This document shows, piece by piece, positions 1-9,040 of a DNA stretch of 64,000 bases; position 1 is the first letter of the stretch; every line of letters starts with the position of its first letter. A program made the translations under genes and the position numbers. Source of the DNA: a virus. Lineage: Duplodnaviria; Caudoviricetes. Below the pieces are notes generated by a model. It did no database searches and had not been told where the DNA came from. It saw nothing but the letters and a program-made list of their open reading frames with translations. Location: positions 96,001 through 160,000 of the IMG/VR virus record IMGVR_UViG_3300025784_000006, one strand, 5' to 3'.

Positions 1-1752
1 AGTCGACTTAGGAGCTTCCACCTCGATGATGTACTTGGACCGACGCTTCTGCTGTAGCTCCAGGAGCTCCTGGATGTAACCGCAGTGCTCCCCCTTGGTA
101 GGGTCCATAGGGAGGGGCCAGTCGTACAGGACGATCTTTCGGTCGAGCAGGTGGTCCTTGAAGTTGCGGTACACCTGTGAGGAGACCGGGCCCGTGAAGA
201 AGATCGCCTCGATCTGCCGTAGCCCCCGGCGTAGAAGCGCCTGCTCGAAGGGCACGCCGGCCCACTGGTCCGCGATGCCGCGCGCGATGAGGAACTTGTC
301 GCAGTAGCTCGCCACCCAGTCGGCGACCTGCTCGAAGTCCAGACGGTTGAGCTCGGCAAAGTCCCCCTCGCCCGCACGGATCTCATCCACGACGTCGACG
401 ACGATCCGCTCCTCGTCGTCGTAGTGTCCTATGGCCACCGCGCTCCCGTCGCCGGACAGGGCGACGTCGACCCCCATGTAGTGTTCCTGTCGCGGGATGC
501 CTCGCACCGCGGGCCGGCGGTCGGGCTGCACGCAGTTGAGCAGGTCGTCCTTGTTCTCGATCCACCCACGGGTTTGATCCGAGAACTGCGCGCCATACTC
601 CGTGAAGAAGACTGTAGCGTCCTTGACGAACTCCTTCTCAAGCTCGGAGACCTCCAAGGTGGGATTGACCTCCCAGGAGGGGGCCTGGATGGCCAGCATC
701 TTGGAGGCTGCCGCCCCACCGAGCATGGCGATCTGGTACATCTCGAAGAAGTGTCCCTGCCGACCAAGCGGGGACGAGATGTGGATGAACCGCCCTTCGA
801 CGGGACCGACCGGCCGGCGCGACACGGGGTCTTTGGGACTGAAGGCAGACATCGAGGGGGCCAGCGCGCGGTAGACTTCCTCCGCCGAGGACTGACCCCC
901 GTCGTTGAAGTGGGCCTCCTCGTCGAGGATGACGACGAGGTTGCCGTGACCACGAAGTCCCTTGGCGCGGCAGGGGTTGAAGGTGATCTTCAGGGTCGCC
1001 CCCGCCTTGTCGTCATCCGCGTAGCGCCCGTACTGCCGGATGTCGGCCGGCGTCTGGAGCCGCGCGTAGCTCATCGTGCTGTTGGCGAGGTAGGGGGCGT
1101 AGAAGTCGCGCAGCTTGAGGTAGCCGTTCGCCTTGTTGAAGAGGATGCCCGCCTGATCCTCACCGGTAGCCACCGTAGTGAGGAGGATCTCCTCCCCCTT
1201 AGGGAGGCCGTAGTAGACCTGCGGGTCGTCTAGCGCGATGAGTCGGGCCACCTCGTAGGCGGTCACGATGGCGCTCATCTGAGTCTTGCCGGCGCGGCGA
1301 CCGATGGCGAGCACCAGCTCACGACGCTGCACACCCGGGGTGACCTCCCGGATGTTGCAGCGGCCCTGCTCGTAGAGCATGCGCAGGTAGCCTGCCTCGG
1401 TGAGGACGCGCCGACTCTTGCTGGAGCGTCGGAAGTCGGTGACCACCACCCGGTACCGGTAGGTCCCGTACTCAGGGTCGTCCGGACGCAGGCGCGTCTC
1501 CGCGATCTCCGCGTAGGCCGGGTGCTTCGGGTCGATGGGGGCGTCGAGGTCGACTCCGTACGGGTTGTCGTCGAGCGGGAGGCCATAGTACGCCTTGAGG
1601 ATCACCCGCTGGACGGGATAGAGCGGCTGGTCGAGCCCGAACGGCCCCTCCACGAACGTGATGATGTCTGAGAACGACTGGGACCCCGCGAGGTTCTTAG
1701 GCCCGTGCAGGACGTCGTGTACCAGAGACCCGTACTCGCTCTTGCGCGCCAT
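1..1752 (-). CDS. terL: Terminase large subunit (3' end runs off the window)
   Basis: Not in the ORF track. Frame open from ATG at 1752 to the edge: MARKSEYG...; Walker A LAIGRRAGKT, Walker B VVILDEEAHF, ISSPLGRQG coupling motif, RNase-H-like nuclease YMGVDVALSGD. Confidence 0.9.
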   Translation of the reverse strand, partial: MARKSEYGSLVHDVLHGPKNLAGSQSFSDIITFVEGPFGLDQPLYPVQRVILKAYYGLPLDDNPYGVDLDAPIDPKHPAYAEIAETRLRPDDPEYGTYRYRVVVTDFRRSSKSRRVLTEAGYLRMLYEQGRCNIREVTPGVQRRELVLAIGRRAGKTQMSAIVTAYEVARLIALDDPQVYYGLPKGEEILLTTVATGEDQAGILFNKANGYLKLRDFYAPYLANSTMSYARLQTPADIRQYGRYADDDKAGATLKITFNPCRAKGLRGHGNLVVILDEEAHFNDGGQSSAEEVYRALAPSMSAFSPKDPVSRRPVGPVEGRFIHISSPLGRQGHFFEMYQIAMLGGAAASKMLAIQAPSWEVNPTLEVSELEKEFVKDATVFFTEYGAQFSDQTRGWIENKDDLLNCVQPDRRPAVRGIPRQEHYMGVDVALSGDGSAVAIGHYDDEERIVVDVVDEIRAGEGDFAELNRLDFEQVADWVASYCDKFLIARGIADQWAGVPFEQALLRRGLRQIEAIFFTGPVSSQVYRNFKDHLLDRKIVLYDWPLPMDPTKGEHCGYIQELLELQQKRRSKYIIEVEAPKST

Positions 1753-1755
1753 CGA

Positions 1756-2430
1756 CTAAGCCCCCTGGGCGGCCTTCTGCATGCGCGCACGCAACTGCGT
1801 CTCCCAGCTTGGGTCAGACATCGCGCGCCCAAGGATGGAGAACATGGAGTCAACAGCCTCCTGACGCATGCCGGCCTTCGTCATGCTCTCCCGCACACAC
1901 TCCAGCGTGGCGCGAACCACCTCCTTGACCGCAGGAGACTTGGGGTCGAGCTGCGCTCCCCCGCTCACCTGGTCAAAGCGATGCGCGAGCTTCTCGTGCA
2001 GGTTGGCGAGCGCCCGAATGCGCTTCACGGTGAGGTCGGCCGCCTCCGACCGACGTGTAGGGTCGACCTTACTGCGCAGGAAGTCGAGGCGCGCGATGTC
2101 GGAACCGATCTCCTGGGCCACCTGCGCGAGGATGCGCGGATCGTCCGGGTCGCGACGGATCATCGCGACGATCCCGTCTTTCCGCACGTGGTCCCCCATC
2201 TGGATCTGATAGGCGGCCCCCTGATCGGTAGCAGATGTCGCGGCCGTCTTGGACGGTCGCCCTCCGTCCCCCAGCCACACGGTAGCGGCACCATCAGACG
2301 GGCGGGTCTGGATGTCGTCGTCCTCGGTCACCTCCGCGATCGGCTTGTACTGGCGGCGGCCGTCCTTCCCGATGACGAGGACGCGGGTCGTCCCTGGAGG
2401 GAGCGTCGTTAGGATGTCTGCGTTGCTCAT
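1756..2430 (-). CDS. Hypothetical protein, candidate terminase small subunit
   Basis: 224-aa helical protein immediately upstream of terL; functional call is positional only. Confidence 0.5.
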   Translation of the reverse strand: MSNADILTTLPPGTTRVLVIGKDGRRQYKPIAEVTEDDDIQTRPSDGAATVWLGDGGRPSKTAATSATDQGAAYQIQMGDHVRKDGIVAMIRRDPDDPRILAQVAQEIGSDIARLDFLRSKVDPTRRSEAADLTVKRIRALANLHEKLAHRFDQVSGGAQLDPKSPAVKEVVRATLECVRESMTKAGMRQEAVDSMFSILGRAMSDPSWETQLRARMQKAAQGA

Positions 2431-2894
2431 CGCGCGAAGACCTCAGGCTTTGGGGGACTCGGCGGAGCGACCGCCTCCCCCGTGGACGGGTTGACGGTCA
2501 GGCACGGAGGTCCCCAGTTGTACGGTGCCGCGACGCGCAGACTCTCCTCCGGGGTGCGCGCGCGAACGAACAGGGTCGTTCCCGTCGCGGAGACGCGATA
2601 CCCACGCAACGCCAGAGCCTTCAGGAGGTTCTGAGCCGTATCCGTCGCACCCGCTCCCACGATGAAGTCTACGTGAGGGGCCAGTATGAGGTCGTCAACC
2701 TCCAACCACGTCCGCACCTTGTCGAAGGCATTCGAGGTGACGACCACCTGCACGTAGGGGTCGAAGCTCGACGGGAGACCCACTAGGTCGGTCACCCCGC
2801 GCTCAAAACCAAGCGCGAGGTGCTCGGCCGCGAGGAGGAGGCCGTTCGGAAGGACGCGCCCGCGCGCCGCATGGACTATAGCCCCAAACCTCAC
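2427..2894 (-). CDS. Hypothetical protein
   Basis: GTG at 2894 overlaps the upstream stop (GTGA); the longer ORF-track start overlaps the neighbour and is unlikely. Confidence 0.65.
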   Translation of the reverse strand: MRFGAIVHAARGRVLPNGLLLAAEHLALGFERGVTDLVGLPSSFDPYVQVVVTSNAFDKVRTWLEVDDLILAPHVDFIVGAGATDTAQNLLKALALRGYRVSATGTTLFVRARTPEESLRVAAPYNWGPPCLTVNPSTGEAVAPPSPPKPEVFAR

Positions 2895-4501
2895 GACGTC
2901 TTGTCCTTGGGGGCCGTCGCCACCTTGAGCCCGTACACGAGACACGTAGGTCCCTTGCCCGGAAGGTTCGCCAGGTTCGTGCAGCCCACGCAGCGAGAGC
3001 TGGCCAGGACCACCTGAGGGCGGGGGCCCTCGACCACGCGCAGCCGTCGCGCCTCCGCCACGCATCCCTTGATGCTGTTAGGCGTGAGGTGCGCGTCCGC
3101 GTAGACGTACTCAACGCCAGCCCGTCCCTCATGGACGGCTCGAAGCGACCGAACGACGGGCGCACACGCCTGGACGAGGCGAGGAGCCCAACGTGATGCC
3201 GTCTCGGCCTCAAGGGTCGACCCCGAGAGGCCCCGAGCGACGGCGGTTCGAGCCCACTGTAGGTAGGCACGCACGTCCGCCGCAAACAGACCATGCGTGG
3301 ATGCGATGCGCTCCACCGCACTCGGCCCCGGAGCCTCCACCTGCACGGTGTGCATGGGTAGCGCCGAGTAGACGGGGCCCTCATACGCCTTGGGAGCCTT
3401 GGGAGCGGTTGGGGCTGGAACCGTTGAAGCCGCCTTCGACCGTGGGGGCGGACTGGCGGGCGTGGGCTTCATCGCTGGGCGTGGAGCCGTGGAGGCCCCG
3501 CGCAGCCTGACCCCTTCCCCCTGGTACGTAGTCCCTCGCGCCGCGGCCGTCGTGATGTCGCGCACAGCCTTCGCCACCACCTCCTCGCGGAGCAGGGGCT
3601 GGGAGAGGAGAGTAGCCGCCGTCTTCTGGTCGATGATGCGGTTCTCGGCAAGCGCGGCCACCTGCCGACGGATCCGCATGTCGGGGCGGGCCGCCGCAGG
3701 AGTCGGAGGGGGGGCAGGCGGGGGTGTCCACGAGCTCCCCTCTCGCTGGTAGATCGAGACGACAGGTCCTCGACCACGTGGGTCAACGCGACCCCGCTCC
3801 ACGAAGAGGAACGCGGCCTGGAGAGCGCGCGCGGGGTCCTGCGTGACGGGTGGGAGGGATGCACCCTCCGCGCTAAGGCGCGGGGCGTACTCCCGGTACG
3901 CCTCGTTCCAGGGCACGCTTGCTACGACCCGGAGGATGTTGCCGGCCGCCTCCGCCTTACGGAGAGCGCGAGCCTCCTTGTCGATCACGTAGCGCGCCTG
4001 CGGGCAACGCCGCCGCAGGATCTTCGCCCACTTGACCAGGCCACCTGGAAAGGCGGCCAGCCGGATGAAGACGCGCCCCGCCAGGCCGTCATCCGCTCGC
4101 AGCACGGAGGCGACCGAAGCGGCGCGTGTCGCCCCAAACCTCTCCCCGAGGTCGTGGAGTATCTGCTCAGCCGACTCTCCGAAATGGATCCGCTGGGAGG
4201 CCAGACGAAGCGCCTGCTGGAAAGCTGCGGGGTTCTTTGGCGTCTCCAGGTCCGGGGAGTACTCCGCGGGGTCGACGACCGGCCCCATGCGGGGCAGGTT
4301 CTTGTCCCAGAAGGCGCGCAGCGTAGCCGCGGTGTCGAGCGGGGGCTCCCCCTGCCGGCGCTGCCCGAACACGACCGCGCTCGGCACGTCCATCCAGGAC
4401 AGGTCCGACAGGCCCGCCTGCCGCTGGAAGTGCGTGGGGTCGGAGAGGAACGAGTCGTCCTGGGTCTCGTGAAGGAATCCAGGTAGGTCGCGAATGCTCA
4501 T
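2891..4501 (-). CDS. Hypothetical, probably virion-associated protein with Pro/Ala-rich linkers and C-terminal Cys cluster
   Basis: 536 aa, coupled to both neighbours; internal similarity DDGLAGRVFI / HEGRAGVEYV; CVGC...CLVYG. Confidence 0.7.
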   Translation of the reverse strand: MSIRDLPGFLHETQDDSFLSDPTHFQRQAGLSDLSWMDVPSAVVFGQRRQGEPPLDTAATLRAFWDKNLPRMGPVVDPAEYSPDLETPKNPAAFQQALRLASQRIHFGESAEQILHDLGERFGATRAASVASVLRADDGLAGRVFIRLAAFPGGLVKWAKILRRRCPQARYVIDKEARALRKAEAAGNILRVVASVPWNEAYREYAPRLSAEGASLPPVTQDPARALQAAFLFVERGRVDPRGRGPVVSIYQREGSSWTPPPAPPPTPAAARPDMRIRRQVAALAENRIIDQKTAATLLSQPLLREEVVAKAVRDITTAAARGTTYQGEGVRLRGASTAPRPAMKPTPASPPPRSKAASTVPAPTAPKAPKAYEGPVYSALPMHTVQVEAPGPSAVERIASTHGLFAADVRAYLQWARTAVARGLSGSTLEAETASRWAPRLVQACAPVVRSLRAVHEGRAGVEYVYADAHLTPNSIKGCVAEARRLRVVEGPRPQVVLASSRCVGCTNLANLPGKGPTCLVYGLKVATAPKDKTS

Positions 4502-5166
4502 GGGGTGTCCCCTTCGTCGGTATCTTCTTCGTCAGTGTCCTCGTCCGCGATGTCCCCTTCGCTCTTCTCCTCCTCGTCGCGAGCCCACCCCTCCGGGTCC
4601 TCCCGGATGTGGTTGACGTCCTGCATGATCTCGCGGACGCGCCGTCGCTCACGCGGGCTGATCTCGCCCTGGTCCTGCCAGTGAGGGGCGTAGATCTCGT
4701 CGTGGAGCGTGTCCATAAGCGACGAGAGCGCCTCGGTGCAGTTCATGTAGAGCTTCCGCATGTCGGGGATCTTCTGGATGTATCCCCGACCCCCAAGGTT
4801 GCCGTCCGGACTGATGAGCCGGCTCTTGAGCTTGGAGAAGTCGTTGTGCGCGGAGAGCGCGTGCCCGAGCGCCATCGCGGTCGACCTCAGGCAGCGAATG
4901 AGGGGCTTGAGGTTCGCGGTGTCGAACGCGTAGCCCGTCGCGATCTCGCGACGGCTCGGGTTCTGGTTCGGCCAGGCCCACTGGTTGTCGTCGCCCGAGC
5001 GGTCCTTAATGAATCGAACTTCACCTGCCGTACGTGTCTTGCCGCGACGATCTCCCGATTCGAGGGCGTCGCAAAGACGCAGGATCGCCGCCACACGGCC
5101 TCGCCAGCAGCGCTGCTGGTGCTGCGCAACGAGCCGAGCAACTACGTGCTTGTCAGGTGACTTCAT
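4498..5166 (-). CDS. Hypothetical protein with acidic tail
   Basis: 222 aa, ATGA coupling, GGAG SD; N-terminal RVA/RTA motifs. Confidence 0.75.
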   Translation of the reverse strand: MKSPDKHVVARLVAQHQQRCWRGRVAAILRLCDALESGDRRGKTRTAGEVRFIKDRSGDDNQWAWPNQNPSRREIATGYAFDTANLKPLIRCLRSTAMALGHALSAHNDFSKLKSRLISPDGNLGGRGYIQKIPDMRKLYMNCTEALSSLMDTLHDEIYAPHWQDQGEISPRERRRVREIMQDVNHIREDPEGWARDEEEKSEGDIADEDTDEEDTDEGDTP

Positions 5167-5214
5167 GGACTCCGCCTCAATGGTGGGCGGTATATAGCGG
5201 CGGTATGGTGGGCC

Positions 5215-5370
5215 ATGCCGTTATCTCCCGCAGAGCGAGCCAGACGACAACGTGCCCGCAGGATGGCCCACGGTTGGAAGGAAGTGAAGGTATGGGTACC
5301 TTCCGAGAAGGACGCAGAGGCGATCAGGAAGCTGGCAGCCCAGAAACGAGCCAAAGCTCCTAGACCTTGA
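5215..5370 (+). CDS. Small ribbon-helix-helix / DUF3018 (MazE-like) DNA-binding protein, 51 aa
   Basis: Own translation MPLSPAERARRQRARRMAHGWKEVKVWVPSEKDAEAIRKLAAQKRAKAPRP; below ORF-track cutoff; fills the intergenic gap; preceded by CGGTATGGT. Confidence 0.75.
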   Translation: MPLSPAERARRQRARRMAHGWKEVKVWVPSEKDAEAIRKLAAQKRAKAPRP

Positions 5371-5773
5371 GCGGATGACCCGCGGGGTCGAACAGGCGGC
5401 AGAGCACCACGCGGCCCTCGTCATCCTGCTCGAACCCCCACAAGTCGCGCGTGGCCCGATGCACGAGTTCTCCAGGTTCTGCGCGCAGCGTGAAGCCCTG
5501 GTCAACTACGTCGGCAACAGAGGCGGCCAGCCTCGACAGGTGAGGTGGAGGAGTCGATCGTGGGTCTCCAGCGATGAACTGCGGGTTCATGAGCTTGAGG
5601 CCACTATCCGTGAAGGTTGCCACGAGGCCCTGCTCGAGGAACGTGATGGGGCGGCCAGGCTGACGCAGCCCAACGACCGTAGCGGTTCGTGGCAGCAGGC
5701 GGGTCAACGGGAGGCGAAGCGGGACCCCCATGCGAAGATCTGGGCGTCCTGGCAGCAGAATACGGTTTGGCAT
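5360..5773 (-). CDS. Hypothetical protein
   Basis: 137 aa, follows the upstream gene directly. Confidence 0.7.
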   Translation of the reverse strand: MPNRILLPGRPDLRMGVPLRLPLTRLLPRTATVVGLRQPGRPITFLEQGLVATFTDSGLKLMNPQFIAGDPRSTPPPHLSRLAASVADVVDQGFTLRAEPGELVHRATRDLWGFEQDDEGRVVLCRLFDPAGHPLKV

Positions 5774-5774
5774 G

Positions 5775-6926
5775 TCACCCTCTCTTTGTGAGAGTCCATG
5801 CGACGTCTAGCGACTGGGTGCTGAGGAAGCGAACGGTGAACCCCTTCTCGTCCGCTCCGAACACCCAAGGCACCTCGTCGCCAGCAGGTCGATCGTTGAC
5901 GGTGAGGTTGACGACGTAGTTGGTCGCGAGCCGAGGATTCGCGAAGTCGAACCTCTTGTCCGCCTCGCTCAGGAACGAGAGCACACCACTCGCGCGGTCC
6001 GTGTCGAAGACTGCGGTGGAGTCACCCCCCACAGCATCCACACGAGACCCCTCAGAGGTAACCGTCGCGCCGGCTTCCAGCGATAGCCCATTAACGACGG
6101 AGTTGCACAAGGACACGGTCGACCCGCGCATCACGTACATCGAGGTGATGCGAGAACCAAAGACCTGCACGTTTCCCTGCACGATGAGTGTCCCGTCCAC
6201 GCGGCTGCCCTCCAGCAGTAGCGTCGACCCAGGACCGACCACCGACACGTTGCCACGAACCTGCGTGTCCCGCAGCGTCACGAAGGACTCGCGCGTGTCG
6301 ATCAGGGCGGGCCCCGCCAGCGAGCAGGAGGCGACCTCCACGGTCGCCTGCACGGCGACGAGGAATGCCGCACGACCTGGGGGAGCAGACTCTAGGGTCT
6401 CGCAGCGTACCAGGCGAAGATGCCCTGTGCGGCCCCCCTCCCCTCCAACGGAGATGACAGGGACGTCAGGGTCTGCCCCAAACACGACCCCGCCGAAGGA
6501 CACGAAGGTGGCACGAATGGCCGTCCCGTTCACCTGGACCGTAGGAAGACCAGACCCTGGCTTCGCCCGCACCACGTGCGCACCCACCGCGCTCACCGCG
6601 ACGCGCTGCCCCGGGATTACCCTCGCGGGCGCTTCGGACACCCCAGGCAGCAGGATGAGCGACTGCGGGCCCGCGGCCGGGTACGGCTTGTCGGTGAGGA
6701 GGACGAACCCCCCGGCCAGGTCGACCGCGTCCCCGCCCTGCCCGACGATCGAGTAGGTGGGACCGGGACGCACTCCTCCCAGGGCAGAGAGCGGGAGACG
6801 GCCGAGGACGGGGTCCTCGAAGACCAGCGACCCCGTGGCAGGGTCGCCGTAGATGCGGCGCACCCCGGACAAGCCGGGCGCGACCTGGACCTCATCCGCC
6901 TCAAACGGTAGGGGATCGTCACTCAT
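5775..6926 (-). CDS. Putative tail/virion protein with beta-helix-like region
   Basis: 383 aa, V/G/S-rich strand repeats (TQVRGNVSV, SRVDGTLIV); C-terminal YVVNLT...GFTVRF module resembling tail-fibre accessory domains. Confidence 0.6.
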   Translation of the reverse strand: MSDDPLPFEADEVQVAPGLSGVRRIYGDPATGSLVFEDPVLGRLPLSALGGVRPGPTYSIVGQGGDAVDLAGGFVLLTDKPYPAAGPQSLILLPGVSEAPARVIPGQRVAVSAVGAHVVRAKPGSGLPTVQVNGTAIRATFVSFGGVVFGADPDVPVISVGGEGGRTGHLRLVRCETLESAPPGRAAFLVAVQATVEVASCSLAGPALIDTRESFVTLRDTQVRGNVSVVGPGSTLLLEGSRVDGTLIVQGNVQVFGSRITSMYVMRGSTVSLCNSVVNGLSLEAGATVTSEGSRVDAVGGDSTAVFDTDRASGVLSFLSEADKRFDFANPRLATNYVVNLTVNDRPAGDEVPWVFGADEKGFTVRFLSTQSLDVAWTLTKRG

Positions 6927-7630
6927 CGCAGTACGACTCCGTAGCGGACGCGCCTCTCCGAGAATCGCCGAACAGCGGCCCCGATGGTCACGTCGAAGTA
7001 GTTGGTGTCTCGGGTCGCTCGAACGGGGAACGCCCCCACAGGATCCACCACCACGCGGTAGGCCCCCACGGGCAGCGCCAGCGGTGTTAGGGTGACCCGC
7101 TGGGTCGTGGGGTCTCCGTACCGAAAGACGAGCTCGCCGGCCAGGGGGGCGGACGGAACCAGGGGGACCACGACCATCACGTCCACCGTGACCGGGACGG
7201 TTAGGGTTCCGAGCTTGCTAACCGGACGAAGAACGAAGCCCGTCAGGGTCCTGTCGGTCGCCGCGACCGCGACCCCGTTCGCAGCGGTCGCCCCCACCAA
7301 GTAGAGCGGAGTGGTCAGCGCGCCCGTGATGTCCACGCGCTGCGACGCCTCCCCGCGGAACACCACACGCCCGGACCAGGCCACGTACGTCTGGGACAGC
7401 ACGCGCGCCGCGTCCACCACCTCACGAAGGTCCTCGGCCAGCTCGGAGGGGAGGTCGGTGGGGCAGTCGCACCCGTAGGCGTCGACGTACCCCACAGCGT
7501 TCGACTGCTCAGACCTGACCGAGCGTACTGTCACGACCCCGTACATGTCGACGACCACCTCGATGCTGTAGGTGGTCCCAGCACCAGTGCGAGACCGAAA
7601 ACGATACACGCGGTCGACGAGCTCGATCAT
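6923..7630 (-). CDS. Putative virion protein, beta-rich
   Basis: 235 aa, two similar beta modules (YLVGAT...GFVLR; YRVVVD...YFDVT), ATGA coupled. Confidence 0.6.
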   Translation of the reverse strand: MIELVDRVYRFRSRTGAGTTYSIEVVVDMYGVVTVRSVRSEQSNAVGYVDAYGCDCPTDLPSELAEDLREVVDAARVLSQTYVAWSGRVVFRGEASQRVDITGALTTPLYLVGATAANGVAVAATDRTLTGFVLRPVSKLGTLTVPVTVDVMVVVPLVPSAPLAGELVFRYGDPTTQRVTLTPLALPVGAYRVVVDPVGAFPVRATRDTNYFDVTIGAAVRRFSERRVRYGVVLR

Positions 7631-7657
7631 CCTGCCTGGGCCGCGTCCATCAATCCC

Positions 7658-8287
7658 TTACCAGGCGACGACTCGGAACCCCTCGGAGGGGGAGACCCCG
7701 CTCTTGAGGAGGTTGGGACTATCGGCGATCTGCCGCATCACGCGCAAGTAGGCACCCACCGCATCGCGCCCGCAGGACAGGATGGGCGATTTAGACTCAC
7801 TCTCAATCCACTGAGCGAGTCGTCGGATCGTCTTGTGGAACCTGTAGCGCACCAGGCCCTGCGTGACCCGCAAGCGCTCGCCCGTCTCGCTCTGGCACGT
7901 GGTGTCCCACATGTGACGGAGGATCGCCAAGTCCATCTCGTCGGGAACGAGGGGGCGTACATCCTCACATACACGGTTCGCGTCGACCCCATCGGGGATT
8001 GACATGAGGAAACGAAGACGCTGCTCAGCGCGTCTGAGACGATAGCACACCGTCGGCTGACTGACGTTGAACAGGGCCGCGATCGTGTCCTGGCTCCACC
8101 GGTCGAAGAAGAACAGGTGCACCCAGTCCGCCTCCACTGGAGGGAGCCGGTCAAGGAGTCGGATGACGCGCGCGGCGAGCTTCTCGGTCTCGGGTGACAT
8201 GCCCCCATCCGACGGGTCTCCGAACAACGCAAACCCATCCTCCACCGAGTAGCAGCGCTCTATAGAGTCAGACGAGCGGATCGCCAC
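7658..8287 (-). CDS. Sigma70 region-4-like protein with two HTH units
   Basis: WSQDTIAALFNVSQPTVCYRLRRAEQRL and CQSETGERLRVTQGLVRYRFHKTIRRL; AGGAGG SD. Confidence 0.75.
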   Translation of the reverse strand: MAIRSSDSIERCYSVEDGFALFGDPSDGGMSPETEKLAARVIRLLDRLPPVEADWVHLFFFDRWSQDTIAALFNVSQPTVCYRLRRAEQRLRFLMSIPDGVDANRVCEDVRPLVPDEMDLAILRHMWDTTCQSETGERLRVTQGLVRYRFHKTIRRLAQWIESESKSPILSCGRDAVGAYLRVMRQIADSPNLLKSGVSPSEGFRVVAW

Positions 8288-8295
8288 GATACCTC

Positions 8296-8961
8296 CTAAA
8301 AGAACGACATCTGCTTGTAGCTCTCGTACTTGGCCGCAGGTACGGGCGGAACGGGAGCTGCCGGCTTCGGTTTGCTGTTCTTGAAGCGTCGCAGGTCTGG
8401 AACGAAGAGGGGAGGAACGGTGCGGTCATCGACCATCGAGACGTTGGTGCGGTTGACGACCAGCAAGCGCAACAACGTGCGCGTCCGCACCTGGAGGAGC
8501 AGCTCGCGCGAAGAGAAGGCCGACATGACGCGCCCACGAACCCTCAGGTAAGGCCCCGACACCACCTCAACAACCTGCCCGCGAGGTAGTCGGGTCGAGC
8601 GGGGGTGATCTACCGTGTGGAGCATCGCCTCCACCTCTTTCCCGCCCACCAGATAGACCGTGCGCAGAGACCCCACTTGTCGGGACAACACCCGCTCTGC
8701 GTACCCCCTCCGCTCCAGGGCAAAGTACCGACTCGACGACAGCCCCCCGCGGATGAAGACGTAGCTCAACGCAGAGGCTGATCCGCTCCCCTGCGAGGGC
8801 ACGATGATCGGGTACGTCTTCGACACACCGAGGTCCCCCCGAATCTGCGCGCTTAGCCGCCCAGAACCCGCAAGGTCCTCCCCCTCTGGAGACAGCTCCA
8901 ATACCACCCACGTAGATCGACCCGCTTGGGCGCGGTTGTCCCCTGCCTCCATAGGAGGCAT
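8296..8961 (-). CDS. nusG: NusG-like transcription elongation/antitermination factor (NGN+KOW)
   Basis: N-terminal WVVLE...SYVFI; KOW motif GQVVEVVSGPYLRVRGRV. Confidence 0.75.
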   Translation of the reverse strand: MPPMEAGDNRAQAGRSTWVVLELSPEGEDLAGSGRLSAQIRGDLGVSKTYPIIVPSQGSGSASALSYVFIRGGLSSSRYFALERRGYAERVLSRQVGSLRTVYLVGGKEVEAMLHTVDHPRSTRLPRGQVVEVVSGPYLRVRGRVMSAFSSRELLLQVRTRTLLRLLVVNRTNVSMVDDRTVPPLFVPDLRRFKNSKPKPAAPVPPVPAAKYESYKQMSFF

Positions 8962-9040
8962 AGACGCGAGGGACCTGCGATCGTGCGTAGAGCCGATGGG
9001 GGCAATCTACACGATTAGGGCGGAGAAGGAGATAGCGACT

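Noticed and set aside
5163-5354. 63-aa minus-strand ORF from the track
   Set aside because: It is the antisense shadow of the more protein-like + strand ORF 5215-5370
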